Counted from the first letter of the stretch, positions 38,179-48,173 are shown. The stretch is DNA of 64,000 nt from Candidatus Hodarchaeota archaeon (GCA_048887145.1 JBHLKA010000001.1:212-64211); one strand, 5' to 3'. Numbers and translations are program-made. The notes: generated by a model not told the origin, from the sequence alone.

Positions 38179-39459
38179 ATGAATTTCCAAAAAGTTTTTG
38201 AAGAAGTAGATAATTTGGATGAAGAAAAAATTATGGAAATTATGAGAATCCTCATTAAAATAGACACATCAGTTCCCCCTGGTAACACTTACCGTGAATA
38301 TGTAAACGCGGTCGCCTCCTACTTTAAAGATTTAGATTTTTTATTAGAAGAGCTCATTATCCCAGAAAGATTAATTCGAGAAATCCCATACCCATTGGAA
38401 GGACCTCGTATTAATCTTATCGCAACAAAAGATTACAATCAAGAAAATTGGATTAGTTTTTATGGCCATATGGATGTAGTACCAGCAACAACAAAAGGAA
38501 AAAGTAAATGGCGATTTCCACCCTTTGAAGCAAAATTAGTTAAAAGTGGAAAGATTTATGGAAGAGGGACAGCTGATATGAAAGGTGATATGGTGTGTCT
38601 AATATTAGCACTTCAAATTATTGATAAATTGAATCTTATACCAAAATTTAATATTCAAGTTTTAAATTGTACAGATGAGGAAGTGGGGGTGTATCCTGGA
38701 ATTCGTTATCTAACAGAACAGGGATACTTAAAAGGAACTACATTTTGTATGGATGGTGTTATTACTCCATTACTTTCTATAGGAACTGCTGGTGACTTAA
38801 ATATAATTGTTGAGATTATAGGAAAAAGTTGTCATTCAGGCTATAATTTTTTAGGTGTAAATGCTATAGAAGAAACTGTTCCGATTTTAAATGAATTAAT
38901 GCTACTTAAAAGTAAGGTTGAAGATCGTAGAAGTAGAGATATTCCTGGAGACCCCCGAGACAAACTTGGTGAAAACTTAAGACCCATGTTTAGCCTTGTT
39001 ATTATTGAGTCCGGAGAAAAAGAAAATATAATTCCTGGATATTGTAAATTAATTGTAAATAGAAGAATTATACCAGATGAGAAATATGAAGATGTAAAAC
39101 AAGAAATCTTGGAAGCTATTAATAGAGGAAAACAGAAAAGTAAGGCATTAGATGTTAAATTAACTTTTAGATATGATAATCCGCCTTTAAAAGTAAATCA
39201 TAACTTATCTATCATAAAACGTTGGAAAAAAACCATGGCAATAGTTAACGATATTCCAGAGGATAGAATCCAGATGATTGGAACTTCAGCTTCTACCGAT
39301 ATGGGATTCGTAGCTGAAATCCTTAATAAGGAAGATATTATTATAGCAGGTATCGAATCTCCAACATCTAAAGCTCATGGAGAAAATGAATTTACTAGAC
39401 TGAGAGATATTAAAATATTTATAAAAGAAATATTAGTTTTTCTGTGTGGCGATTTATAG
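38179..39459 (+). CDS. M20-family metallohydrolase (ArgE/DapE/CPG2-like)
   Basis: Matches FYGHMDVVPA, GRGTADMKG, CTDEEVG and KAHGENEF. Confidence 0.85.
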   Translation: MNFQKVFEEVDNLDEEKIMEIMRILIKIDTSVPPGNTYREYVNAVASYFKDLDFLLEELIIPERLIREIPYPLEGPRINLIATKDYNQENWISFYGHMDVVPATTKGKSKWRFPPFEAKLVKSGKIYGRGTADMKGDMVCLILALQIIDKLNLIPKFNIQVLNCTDEEVGVYPGIRYLTEQGYLKGTTFCMDGVITPLLSIGTAGDLNIIVEIIGKSCHSGYNFLGVNAIEETVPILNELMLLKSKVEDRRSRDIPGDPRDKLGENLRPMFSLVIIESGEKENIIPGYCKLIVNRRIIPDEKYEDVKQEILEAINRGKQKSKALDVKLTFRYDNPPLKVNHNLSIIKRWKKTMAIVNDIPEDRIQMIGTSASTDMGFVAEILNKEDIIIAGIESPTSKAHGENEFTRLRDIKIFIKEILVFLCGDL

Positions 39460-39586
39460 TTTCTATATCCAAAATAATATTCTTATATTACTTTAGATAT
39501 TATATAGATATATATAAATTCTCATGAAAGGGGGGTTTCACGAACTAATTTTAAAAAAATAAAAATTGAATATTATTATATAAATT

Positions 39587-39943
39587 ATGAAAAAAAAAGT
39601 CTGTCAAGTCATAGAAGATTATCATTCCCCTTATCCAGATCCTTTTATAGTAAATAAGGGTGAAATATTAAGAATTGAAAATAAAGAATGTGAATGGCCC
39701 GGCTGGATATGGTCTGTTAAAAATGATGGCGAAGGAAGGTGGGTTCCAATGGATCATATAGAACTTCAAGAAACTCAAGCAAAATTTATCAAAGATTATA
39801 ATTCAATAGAATTAACAGTATCTACTGGACAAATCCTAACTATTGAAAAAGAGTCATACGGCTGGATTTGGGTAATTGATGAAAATAATAAATATGGATG
39901 GATACCATTAAAGAATGTGAAAATTTTAGAAGATAAAAAATAA
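39587..39943 (+). CDS. Tandem SH3-like domain protein
   Basis: There are two internal repeats: KGEILRIENKECEWPGWIWSVKNDGEGRWVPMDHIEL and TGQILTIEKESYGWIWVIDENNKYGWIPLKNVKIL. Both fit the SH3 pattern GD.l.v....dgWW.g....G..G.fP..YV. Confidence 0.5.
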   Translation: MKKKVCQVIEDYHSPYPDPFIVNKGEILRIENKECEWPGWIWSVKNDGEGRWVPMDHIELQETQAKFIKDYNSIELTVSTGQILTIEKESYGWIWVIDENNKYGWIPLKNVKILEDKK

Positions 39944-39995
39944 AAAAAAGTAATGTTAATATCCTTAATACTTACTTCAAGTTTTCCTTTTACAC

Positions 39996-40193
39996 TTATT
40001 CTTCAGTAATAGTAATAGCTTCTTCAGGGCATTGTGTTTCACAAGCTCTACATCCTACGCAATCGTCTCTATTCTCCTCAATTATGTTAACTTTACCGCC
40101 TTCAGGTTCACCAAAACATTCACTAGGACAAACTTCATAGCATGTTCCACATCCAGTGCAAGCGTCTTTATCAATTTCAATCCCGAAACTCAT
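39996..40193 (-). CDS. 2x[4Fe-4S] ferredoxin
   Basis: Two CxxCxxCxxxCP motifs: CTGCGTCYEVCP and CVGCRACETQCP. 65 aa. Confidence 0.9.
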   Translation of the reverse strand: MSFGIEIDKDACTGCGTCYEVCPSECFGEPEGGKVNIIEENRDDCVGCRACETQCPEEAITITEE

Positions 40194-40352
40194 ATATAAA
40201 ACCTTTTTGTTATTGAATTTTTTTTGTTCGATAAATGTATTTATAAGTAATTATCAGAATAATGTAAAAAATTTAAATTTCGTTTTTATTTTAAGAAATA
40301 TTCTTTTGAAGATTTAGTTTGAAATTTAATTTGCAGGATTAAAAAAAAGAAA

Positions 40353-40787
40353 TTAAATATTTTTTTGCTTTAAGAAAAACAAAATTGAATTGAGAATCCC
40401 CCCAACCACGCTTCCATAAAAACCTAAATCGGCCCACCACTCGTCTCCTATGTGTATAACTCCAAAAGAAATAAGACCAATAATTGCTAAAGCAAATGTT
40501 GTTATTGCTATATATATATTATATTTAGTTAAATCGAACGATATAAACTTCTTTGGAACTAAATCATTCAATGCAATAACCATTTGAATCATAAATAGGA
40601 TCAGAATGAAAATCTGTGCGATTAAATCACCAGCTGTCCAATAATCACAATATAAACAAGAATATCTGTTTCCATATCCCCAATAATAGAATCCAGCGAA
40701 AGGACCAATTATTACTAATACAATGGCAATGATACTAATTACAAGTATTAATACTGAGAAAATATCAACATCTCTACGTTCCGACAT
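40353..40787 (-). CDS. Hypothetical membrane protein (4 TM)
   Basis: 144 aa with four hydrophobic segments. No motif recognised. Confidence 0.45.
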   Translation of the reverse strand: MSERRDVDIFSVLILVISIIAIVLVIIGPFAGFYYWGYGNRYSCLYCDYWTAGDLIAQIFILILFMIQMVIALNDLVPKKFISFDLTKYNIYIAITTFALAIIGLISFGVIHIGDEWWADLGFYGSVVGGILNSILFFLKQKNI

Positions 40788-40960
40788 TTTTATATCACAA
40801 ATTTAGTGTTTAGAGGATAGTTAGGTTTTAGAGTAAATAAATTGTTTTATTTTATAATATTACTATTTATGGAATTTATTATTAAAAATTGAAATTTTAT
40901 ATAAAATATCATTCTTATAAAAATTTGAATCTATTAATAACTAGAATTATTTGAAGTATT

Positions 40961-42073
40961 TTGAATATTGAAAAAATTTGGGATTTTAACACAAATGAAC
41001 AGTTACTAGGTGTAGAATTAGGAACTTTAATCAAAGGTAATAATAAACAAATTATAACATATACTAAATCTGGAAAGATCCTAATTTTCTCATTAAACGG
41101 GAAATTATTGTTTAAAGATGAAATAACGCAGGAAACACCAATTTGGAAAGCATTAATCTATGATATTGATAATGATGGTAAAGAAGAGTTACTTCTGGGT
41201 GGAATGGATGGAATTTTAAGAGTCTTAAAATATAAAGCTGAATTTAAGTTAAAACTCTATTGGACACATAGATTTAATTTCTCTATTGGGGGAATTTTAG
41301 TAGATGATATTAATAATGACGGAATTAATGAAATTATCACCTTTTCTCTTGATAAAAGTCTACGCGTTCTAAACCCATTAGATGGATCTTTAATATGGGG
41401 ACAAATTTTTGAAGAAGGTATTGGGGATGCATTAATATGGAGAAACTTTAAAGATCCTAATGAGATTGAAATTATTGCATGTAGTAATGATGGGACAATA
41501 AGAATTTTTGATAATAAATATGGAGAATTACTCTGGTTTAAACGATTTTCTAATAAAGTTAGATGTCTTTCTTATATGCGTTCATATCAACACGATTACA
41601 TCGTATGTGGAGGAGATGATAAAAAATTACATATTATCGATAAAGAGAGAAAAGAAGAAATTAAAACTTTCGAGACAGATGAGATTATATGGAAATGCCT
41701 TTCATTTCCTCCACAAAGACACAATAATTTATTAGCAAGTTCCTATTCTTTTAAATTTTTAGATAAATCAATTCCAATTAAAGATATTAAATTAAAATCC
41801 AAAGTACTTTGCTTCAATGAAAATTTTGATGTAAAATGGGATTACAAAAATGTAAATACTGAAATTCTTAGCTATATTAATACTTCTGAAAACAAATGCA
41901 TTGTAATTGGAACAACACGAGGATATTTAATGTTAATAGATGAAATGAATGGCAAAGTACTAGCTCAAATTAATAATCCTTCTTGTTTAAATGGTTTTTA
42001 TTTTGATAATGATTCAAGGATTTTAATAACTTGTCATGATAATGGATATATCTATGGTTTTATTCTTGATTAA
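40961..42073 (+). CDS. Beta-propeller repeat protein (FG-GAP/VCBS- or PQQ-like blades)
   Basis: Six to seven repeats of the type DIDNDGKEELLLGGMDGILRVL, DDINNDGINEIITFSLDKSLRVL, ACSNDGTIRIFD and CGGDDKKLHIID. TTG start per the ORF track. Confidence 0.55.
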   Translation: MNIEKIWDFNTNEQLLGVELGTLIKGNNKQIITYTKSGKILIFSLNGKLLFKDEITQETPIWKALIYDIDNDGKEELLLGGMDGILRVLKYKAEFKLKLYWTHRFNFSIGGILVDDINNDGINEIITFSLDKSLRVLNPLDGSLIWGQIFEEGIGDALIWRNFKDPNEIEIIACSNDGTIRIFDNKYGELLWFKRFSNKVRCLSYMRSYQHDYIVCGGDDKKLHIIDKERKEEIKTFETDEIIWKCLSFPPQRHNNLLASSYSFKFLDKSIPIKDIKLKSKVLCFNENFDVKWDYKNVNTEILSYINTSENKCIVIGTTRGYLMLIDEMNGKVLAQINNPSCLNGFYFDNDSRILITCHDNGYIYGFILD

Positions 42074-42142
42074 AAGTATGAATACTGTAAAATTAAAAAT
42101 AAATTTAATATAAAAAAAATAAATAAATTTTAGTTGTTCTCT

Positions 42143-42466
42143 CTAACCTTCTGAAGATTCTTCTTCCTCAGCCGCTAATTCTTCTTCTAACTCTTCGAGT
42201 GGAACAGGTGCAGGGGTGGTGAGCATACTATACCCTATCCAAATAGCGATAATACAAATTAATATTACAATCAACCACATTGGTAAAACAACGAATGCTT
42301 CATAATCTAGCCAATCAATATCAAAGAATCGAAAAGCTAGATCCCAGTTTGGATTATTAAGCAACTTATCAAATATGAGATCAACAAGGGACCCCATTGT
42401 ATAGATAATTGCGATTAAAATTCCTAAAATTGCAACAATAGCACCAATAATTTTATCTTTTGCCAT
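42143..42466 (-). CDS. Small membrane protein with an acidic C-terminal tail
   Basis: 107 aa, two TM segments, tail EELEEELAAEEEESSEG. Confidence 0.45.
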   Translation of the reverse strand: MAKDKIIGAIVAILGILIAIIYTMGSLVDLIFDKLLNNPNWDLAFRFFDIDWLDYEAFVVLPMWLIVILICIIAIWIGYSMLTTPAPVPLEELEEELAAEEEESSEG

Positions 42467-42640
42467 AATTTTTCACTTTTTGGTTTATAGTTAGTTTCTT
42501 ATTATAATAAGCAACTTAGTTATGATTAATATTATTTTTTAAAATAATATTAAATTAAAACCATTCGATAGGATACAAATGATTTTAATGGTGATGATCC
42601 ACAATTAGTGAATAGGATCTAAAAAATTTATATTAGTATT

Positions 42641-43609
42641 ATGAGTATCCCCAAAAACTATGTTCTTATCATTGGTTCAAGTAATATGGACTTAAATATT
42701 TATTTAGAAAGGATACCAAAATCGGGTGAAACTGTTACAGGCGGGACTTTTAAGCAATTTTTGGGAGGAAAAGGAGCTAATCAATCAGTTGCGTCCGCAC
42801 GCTCTGGTTCAAACACAATTTTCATCGCAAATATTGGGAGAGATGCTTTCGGTGATCTAATGATCTCTCAATTAAGAAATGAAGGCATTAATATAGACTA
42901 TGTAATTAGGGATCCAAATGAACCAAGTGGAATTGCTTTTATAATGATAGATAAAAATGGTGAAAACATTATAAGTGTCGCTCCAGGAGCAAATGTTAAA
43001 TTAAAACCTGAAGATATTGAAAAACATGCAGATTTAATTAAAAATGCAAATTCCTTATTAGTACAGATGGAAATTTCAATTGAAACTATCAAAAAAATTT
43101 TCCTTCTTGCTTCCAAAGGAAACGTAATTAAAATTTTTAATCCTGCTCCTTTAAAACCAATTCCAGTTGACATTTTAAAAAATATTGATATTATCATCCC
43201 AAATGAGGGAGAATTAGTTCGATTATATTCATTATTAGGATTTAAAGAGTTAAAAATTAAAGGATATAAAAAATTAATTCAAATTTCAAGAGATATTACT
43301 CGATTAGGAGTCAGAGATGTGATTATTACTTTAGGAAATAAAGGATCATTAATATATCAATCTGAATTAGATAAAGCTACTAAAATTCCCGCAAGAAAGG
43401 TTCATGCTATTGATACAGTTGGAGCAGGTGATTGCTTTAACGGAGTTTTAGCGAGTAAATTAAACCAAGGAGAGAGTTTAATAACAAGTGTTAAATATGC
43501 CACCACCGCAGCTTCTATAGCAGTAACTCGCAGGGGAGCACAAGCATCAATGCCTTATCTACATGAAATTGAAGAAAAATTTGTAGAATTTAATAGTTTA
43601 TTTAATTAG
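42641..43609 (+). CDS. rbsK: Ribokinase (PfkB family)
   Basis: Matches GSSNMDL, GGKGANQSVA, and DTVGAGDCFNG with the anion-hole motif. Confidence 0.85.
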   Translation: MSIPKNYVLIIGSSNMDLNIYLERIPKSGETVTGGTFKQFLGGKGANQSVASARSGSNTIFIANIGRDAFGDLMISQLRNEGINIDYVIRDPNEPSGIAFIMIDKNGENIISVAPGANVKLKPEDIEKHADLIKNANSLLVQMEISIETIKKIFLLASKGNVIKIFNPAPLKPIPVDILKNIDIIIPNEGELVRLYSLLGFKELKIKGYKKLIQISRDITRLGVRDVIITLGNKGSLIYQSELDKATKIPARKVHAIDTVGAGDCFNGVLASKLNQGESLITSVKYATTAASIAVTRRGAQASMPYLHEIEEKFVEFNSLFN

Positions 43610-43621
43610 AGGTATTTCTCT

Positions 43622-44296
43622 ATGATAAGTGAATATTTGCTTCCTAAGAGAAGTAATTTTCTAAGGAAAAATGGTACAAATGAATTAGTAATTAACATTA
43701 ATCTTAATGAGCTTAATGATATATTCCTCATAAATGGAACCTCTTTTATCACAAAAGATTTATCTGCTAAAGATTTGATTATTGACCCCCACAACTACTA
43801 TATGATAATAAATAATGGTAAGAAGAAGATTCAAATTAATTACAACCATGAAATTTTTACTCATGATATAATTTACAATCCATATAAATACGAGCATTCT
43901 AAAAAAGTAGATCTTGACCCAGAAACCTTTAAGAAAGTGTATAATATTCCTAAAGGTTTTATTGACGTATTGGCAAAGTGGTACAGCATAAAATTCACAT
44001 ATCCCGATTATAACTTAATATTTATTAAACCAGAGATGGGAATTTCTATTCAGGTTCATCATCTCAGGAGTGAGACTTGGGAAATTATTAATGGAAACCC
44101 TATTGTTATTAATGGTAATAAGGTTGTCTATTTTGTAAAAAATGGCACTTTTTTTGAAAATTCAATTAAAACGTATCATTCAGTGATAAACCCAAATATT
44201 AATCCAGAAAATTTCGTGTTAATTAAAGAAAAATGGAAAGGAAAATTTGACGAGGAGGACATAGAAAGGGTATATAATCCTAACAAGTATTATTAA
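43622..44296 (+). CDS. Cupin-domain protein (type II phosphomannose-isomerase-like C-terminal barrel)
   Basis: ISIQVHHLRSETWEIINGNPIV resembles the LSLQ.HHHR.E.W.V..G cupin motif. Confidence 0.45.
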   Translation: MISEYLLPKRSNFLRKNGTNELVININLNELNDIFLINGTSFITKDLSAKDLIIDPHNYYMIINNGKKKIQINYNHEIFTHDIIYNPYKYEHSKKVDLDPETFKKVYNIPKGFIDVLAKWYSIKFTYPDYNLIFIKPEMGISIQVHHLRSETWEIINGNPIVINGNKVVYFVKNGTFFENSIKTYHSVINPNINPENFVLIKEKWKGKFDEEDIERVYNPNKYY

Positions 44297-44526
44297 TTAT
44301 GATCTATTTGAAAAATAACTACCAAAACCCTCGATAAAATTAATATATTAAAGATCTTATAGCCTTCCATCAAATTTGTTTTACAACCTTTTAAATTTTA
44401 TGTTTTTCAGTTCTCTTGTTTTAATAAAATTAAAATTTAATAGATAACTAATAACCTTACATGTCAAAATAATTAAGTAAATAATAAACAATAAACGAGA
44501 AACGGAACAAATAGATTGGTGGAAAA

Positions 44527-45063
44527 ATGGCTCCGAATGAGGAACTTGACAAGGAAGATCAAGAAGATTTAGAAAAAGAAGAATCTCTTGAGGAAGTAGA
44601 AGAAGAAATTGAAGAAGAAGTAGAAGAGGAAGAAGAATTAGATGTCGAAAAAGAGCGTGATAGATTACGTTTTCATTATCGTGGTCATACTTTAGATGAC
44701 TTAAAAAAGATGAATATGGATCAATTATTACAATTATTACCTGCAAGAGCTAGAAGAAGTTTAAGAAGAGGACTTCCTCCAAGACAGAAAAAAGTTATTG
44801 AAAGGTTAAGAAGAGCATATAGAGCAAAAAAAAGAGGTAAAGATCTAATTGTGAGAACACACGTACGAGATTTGATAGTTTTCCCAGAATTTGTAGGACT
44901 TAAGGTTGGAATTTACAATGGAAGAAATTTTGAAATTGTAGAAATACGACCTGAGATGATTGGTCATTATTTAGGCGAATTTGCCCTCACAAGAAAGAGA
45001 GTACAGCATGGTTCTCCTGGGATCGGAGCAACACGCTCAAGTAAATATGTTCCCCTTAAGTAA
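44527..45063 (+). CDS. rps19: 30S ribosomal protein uS19 (S15e-like) with a ~45 aa acidic N-terminal extension
   Basis: The C-terminal 130 aa closely follow eukaryotic S15/archaeal S19: FHYRGHTLDDL, RRSLRRGL, GVYNG-type VGIYNGRNFEIVEIRPEMIGHYLGEFALTRK.VQHGSPGIGATRSSKYVPLK. A GGTGG Shine-Dalgarno-like element sits before the ATG. Confidence 0.9.
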   Translation: MAPNEELDKEDQEDLEKEESLEEVEEEIEEEVEEEEELDVEKERDRLRFHYRGHTLDDLKKMNMDQLLQLLPARARRSLRRGLPPRQKKVIERLRRAYRAKKRGKDLIVRTHVRDLIVFPEFVGLKVGIYNGRNFEIVEIRPEMIGHYLGEFALTRKRVQHGSPGIGATRSSKYVPLK

Positions 45064-45087
45064 TGTTAAATATTAATAAAATATGAG

Positions 45088-45576
45088 ATGATTATAATGC
45101 CTACCTGGGGTTATTCATTTATTGAACAGAAATATGATGCAGAAAGATTAGCAAAAGCATCTGGAAGAGATTTAAGAATTAAGCCAAAACATGCAAGAGA
45201 AATTTGTGCTGTAATTAAGGGTATGAATATTGAAAAAGCTAAATCATATTTAGAAAAGGTTATTCAGTTAAAACAATCAATACCATTCAGAAGACATAAA
45301 AAGAAGCAAGCACATCGAAAAGATTTAAAAGAATTTAAATGGTATGCTGGGAGATATCCCCAAAAAGCAACTGCTAGAATTTATGAATTATTATCTGCTG
45401 TTGAGTCGAACGCAGAATATAAGGGATTAGATACTGAATCATGTAGAATAATCCATGCCGCAGCTCATCGTGGAAGAATTATTAAACGATTCATCCATCG
45501 TGCCCATGGAAGATCTACTCCAAAGTATAGGCACTTAAGTCATGTCGAAATTGTAATATATGAATTTCCAAGTTAG
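45088..45576 (+). CDS. rpl22: 50S ribosomal protein uL22
   Basis: Operon position after uS19. Matches AKASGRDLRIKPKHAREICAVIKGM and IPFRRH. Confidence 0.9.
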   Translation: MIIMPTWGYSFIEQKYDAERLAKASGRDLRIKPKHAREICAVIKGMNIEKAKSYLEKVIQLKQSIPFRRHKKKQAHRKDLKEFKWYAGRYPQKATARIYELLSAVESNAEYKGLDTESCRIIHAAAHRGRIIKRFIHRAHGRSTPKYRHLSHVEIVIYEFPS

Positions 45577-45608
45577 GTAAAAAAAATTGAGGTTTAAATT
45601 ATAAGAGA

Positions 45609-46397
45609 TTGATGATTATGAGCCCTTTAGCTAAACATTTCATTGAACAAGGAATAAAATTAATGCAAATAAATGAATATCTAAGATCTGAACTAGTACG
45701 TGCCGGATTTGCAGGTGTTGAAATTCAAAAGACGCCTTTAGGCGTTAGAATCACCTTAAAGACCTCACGCCCTGGTTTGGTAATTGGTAAAGGAGGAAAA
45801 AGAATTCAGGAGATTACTGACACCTTACAAGAGCGTTACGGACTTGAAATGCCTCAGATAGAGGTAGAAGAGGTCGCAAATCCAGACTTGGATTCCCAGA
45901 TAATGGCTGAGAGATTAGCTTATAGTCTTGATAGAGGTAGACACTATCGCAGAGCAGGTTATTATATACTAAGAAAAGTAATGGATGCGGGTGCTCGAGG
46001 AGTAGAAATTCGCATATCTGGAAAAGTAACTTCGCAAAGAGCTAGGTGTCAAATATTTAGGGCAGGCACAATGACAAAATCTGGCCAGCCAGCAGAAGAA
46101 GGAGTAGATAAAGGTGTTGCCCAATGTATTCAGAAGAGTGGTGTTCTTGGGATTATTGTTAAAATAATGAGAGCTGATACTAAGATGGGAGACGATATAA
46201 AAATAAATGAAGATGAGTTAGCGAAAGTGCAGAAAAGAGCAAAAGCAAAAGTAAAGAAAACTAGGGCAGAGAAAATTGCAGAAGAATATGAAGTAATCGA
46301 GGAAGAAGTAGCTTTATCCGAAGAAGATAAAGATTTGCTAGATGATGTTGACGAAGAAGATATTTCAGAAGTTTCAATAGAATCTGGTAAAGAATAA
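45609..46397 (+). CDS. rps3: 30S ribosomal protein uS3 with an acidic C-terminal tail
   Basis: KH-domain motif GLVIGKGGKRIQEI and operon position. The track start is TTG at 45609. An ATG at 45612 or 45618 is an equally plausible start. Confidence 0.9.
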   Translation: MMIMSPLAKHFIEQGIKLMQINEYLRSELVRAGFAGVEIQKTPLGVRITLKTSRPGLVIGKGGKRIQEITDTLQERYGLEMPQIEVEEVANPDLDSQIMAERLAYSLDRGRHYRRAGYYILRKVMDAGARGVEIRISGKVTSQRARCQIFRAGTMTKSGQPAEEGVDKGVAQCIQKSGVLGIIVKIMRADTKMGDDIKINEDELAKVQKRAKAKVKKTRAEKIAEEYEVIEEEVALSEEDKDLLDDVDEEDISEVSIESGKE

Positions 46398-46430
46398 AAT
46401 ATTAAAAATTTAATAGTAAGTGAAAAAATA

Positions 46431-46646
46431 ATGCCAGATATAATAACTGCAGAAAAAGTGCGAGAAATGGATGAGAGAGAAAGAGAAAGAACTTTAATTA
46501 CATTAAGAGAAGAATTGATGATGTTATATAGTCAACAGACTGGTGGTGGTATTGCTGATAATCCTGCAAAAGCTAAACTACTGAGAAAACAAATTGCTAG
46601 AATTCTTACAGTTAAAAACGAAGAAAAACTAAAGGAGAACGAATGA
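46431..46646 (+). CDS. rpl29: 50S ribosomal protein uL29
   Basis: 71 aa. Matches LREELMMLYSQQTGG and operon position. Confidence 0.85.
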   Translation: MPDIITAEKVREMDERERERTLITLREELMMLYSQQTGGGIADNPAKAKLLRKQIARILTVKNEEKLKENE

Positions 46647-46936
46647 TTAGTCCAAAATACTTAATATATCATGATTTAATTGGATTTCATATATATGCAA
46701 AACTGAAATCAAGGTTAAGTAGTAGAGGTTTCTCTTATATTGGAATTGTTATTGATGAAACGTATAATTTGTTAATAACCGAAAAGGAAAATAAAGTTAA
46801 AAAGTATATTAAAAAAGATCATATTTTCAGGTTAAAACTTAATGGAGATTTATTGGAAGTTGATGGTTCAAAAATTATTGGAATTCCTGAAAATAGGTTA
46901 CGAAGGTTAAAAAAGAAAAAGTGGATGAAAGTATAA
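46643..46936 (+). CDS. rnp1: RNase P protein component 1 (Rpp29/Pop4)
   Basis: It holds the conserved archaeal position between uL29 and uS17. Matches LIGFHIYAK, YIGIVIDETYNLLI and IPENRL. It overlaps uL29 by 4 nt. Confidence 0.75.
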   Translation: MISPKYLIYHDLIGFHIYAKLKSRLSSRGFSYIGIVIDETYNLLITEKENKVKKYIKKDHIFRLKLNGDLLEVDGSKIIGIPENRLRRLKKKKWMKV

Positions 46937-46937
46937 A

Positions 46938-47288
46938 ATGAGTATTCGAAATATTGGTATTCCAGGAGTGTCCCCTCCAAAGGCAAGGGAATGTAATGAT
47001 AAGGATTGTCCATTTCATGGAACAACAAGAATAAGAGGCAAAATCACTAGTGGTGTGGTAGTGAGCAAAAAGTCCCGGAATACTGTTGTAATTAGACGAA
47101 ATTATGTTCAATTTATCAAAAAATATCAAAGATATGAAAGACGTAATACACGCCTTGCATGTCATTTACCAGATTGCTTAAAAAATGAGATAAATTTAGG
47201 AGATTTAATAAGAGTTGGTGAAAGCAGAAAGCTTTCCAAGACTAAAGCATTTATTGTGTTAGGAAAAATATCGAGGGAGGAGATTTAA
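46938..47288 (+). CDS. rps17: 30S ribosomal protein uS17
   Basis: Matches C.D..CPFHG, G.VVS.K...TVVI.R and GD.I.VGE.R.LSKTK. Operon position fits. Confidence 0.9.
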   Translation: MSIRNIGIPGVSPPKARECNDKDCPFHGTTRIRGKITSGVVVSKKSRNTVVIRRNYVQFIKKYQRYERRNTRLACHLPDCLKNEINLGDLIRVGESRKLSKTKAFIVLGKISREEI

Positions 47289-47714
47289 ATGGGAACAAGA
47301 AGAAAGCTAGGAAGAAAAAAACTAGTTAAACCTCGGACAAGTTATGGTTTGCAAAACGGTTCTAGATTATTCATTGCAGATAATTCTGGAGCAAAAATTG
47401 CCCAGATAATTAATGTAGATCACATAAAAACAAGGATGAGACGATTGCCTAAAGCAACTGTAGGTTCTGTTTGTTCGGTAACCATCAAAAAAGGTCGTCC
47501 TGAAATGCGTGGAAATATAATGAAAGCAGTAATAGTAAGACAAAAGATGATTTATAAACGATTAGATGGAACACGTTTATGTTTTGAGGATAATGCTGGA
47601 GTAATAATAAGTAAAGAAGGAGATCCTAAAGGAACAGAAATTAGAGGTCCAATTGCGAGAGAGGCTGCCGAATTATTTCCTAGGTTAGCATCAATATCCT
47701 CTTTAATAATATAA
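47289..47714 (+). CDS. rpl14: 50S ribosomal protein uL14
   Basis: Matches ADNSGAK, FEDNAGVII and GPIAREAAE. Operon position fits. Confidence 0.9.
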   Translation: MGTRRKLGRKKLVKPRTSYGLQNGSRLFIADNSGAKIAQIINVDHIKTRMRRLPKATVGSVCSVTIKKGRPEMRGNIMKAVIVRQKMIYKRLDGTRLCFEDNAGVIISKEGDPKGTEIRGPIAREAAELFPRLASISSLII

Positions 47715-47738
47715 AAATTAATAAGAAGTGTTGAACCT

Positions 47739-48173
47739 ATGAAAGTTATATCAAAAAAGCCTGGAAAACAAAGGAAAGCATTGTACAATTATAAAAATCA
47801 TCAAAGATCAAATTTATTATCAACCAGAATTGCAGATTTTCTTCGAGAGGAGTATGGAATTAAAAAACTCCCCTTAAAAGTCGGTGATCAAGTTCGTGTT
47901 TGTAAAGGGGAATTTAAGGACTTCGAAGGGGAAGTTCTTGAAATAACTAAAAATCAAAGAGTAAAAATCAAAGAGTGTAAATTCGAAAAAGCAGATGGTA
48001 CTGACTTTAATCCAGCTATTCATATTTCAAATTTAGTGATTACAAAATTTGGTAAGGAAAAGAAACTAGATCCTTGGAGAGCCAGCATGATTGAAAGAAA
48101 AGCCTTATATGTATTTGGTGAAGAAGAATTAGTTGCTCCAAAAAAATTCAAAGAGGAGGATGAGATAATATGA
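47739..48173 (+). CDS. rpl24: 50S ribosomal protein uL24 (L26e-like)
   Basis: KOW motif VGDQVRVCKGEFKDFEGEV. Operon position fits. Confidence 0.9.
   Translation: MKVISKKPGKQRKALYNYKNHQRSNLLSTRIADFLREEYGIKKLPLKVGDQVRVCKGEFKDFEGEVLEITKNQRVKIKECKFEKADGTDFNPAIHISNLVITKFGKEKKLDPWRASMIERKALYVFGEEELVAPKKFKEEDEII

Noticed and set aside
44381-44746. A 121-aa minus-strand ORF with a poly-Leu run (LLLLLQFLLLLPQE) upstream of and overlapping the uS19 start.
   Set aside because: It is the antisense reading of the GAA/GAG-rich acidic N-terminal extension of uS19, so the poly-Leu is a complement artefact.
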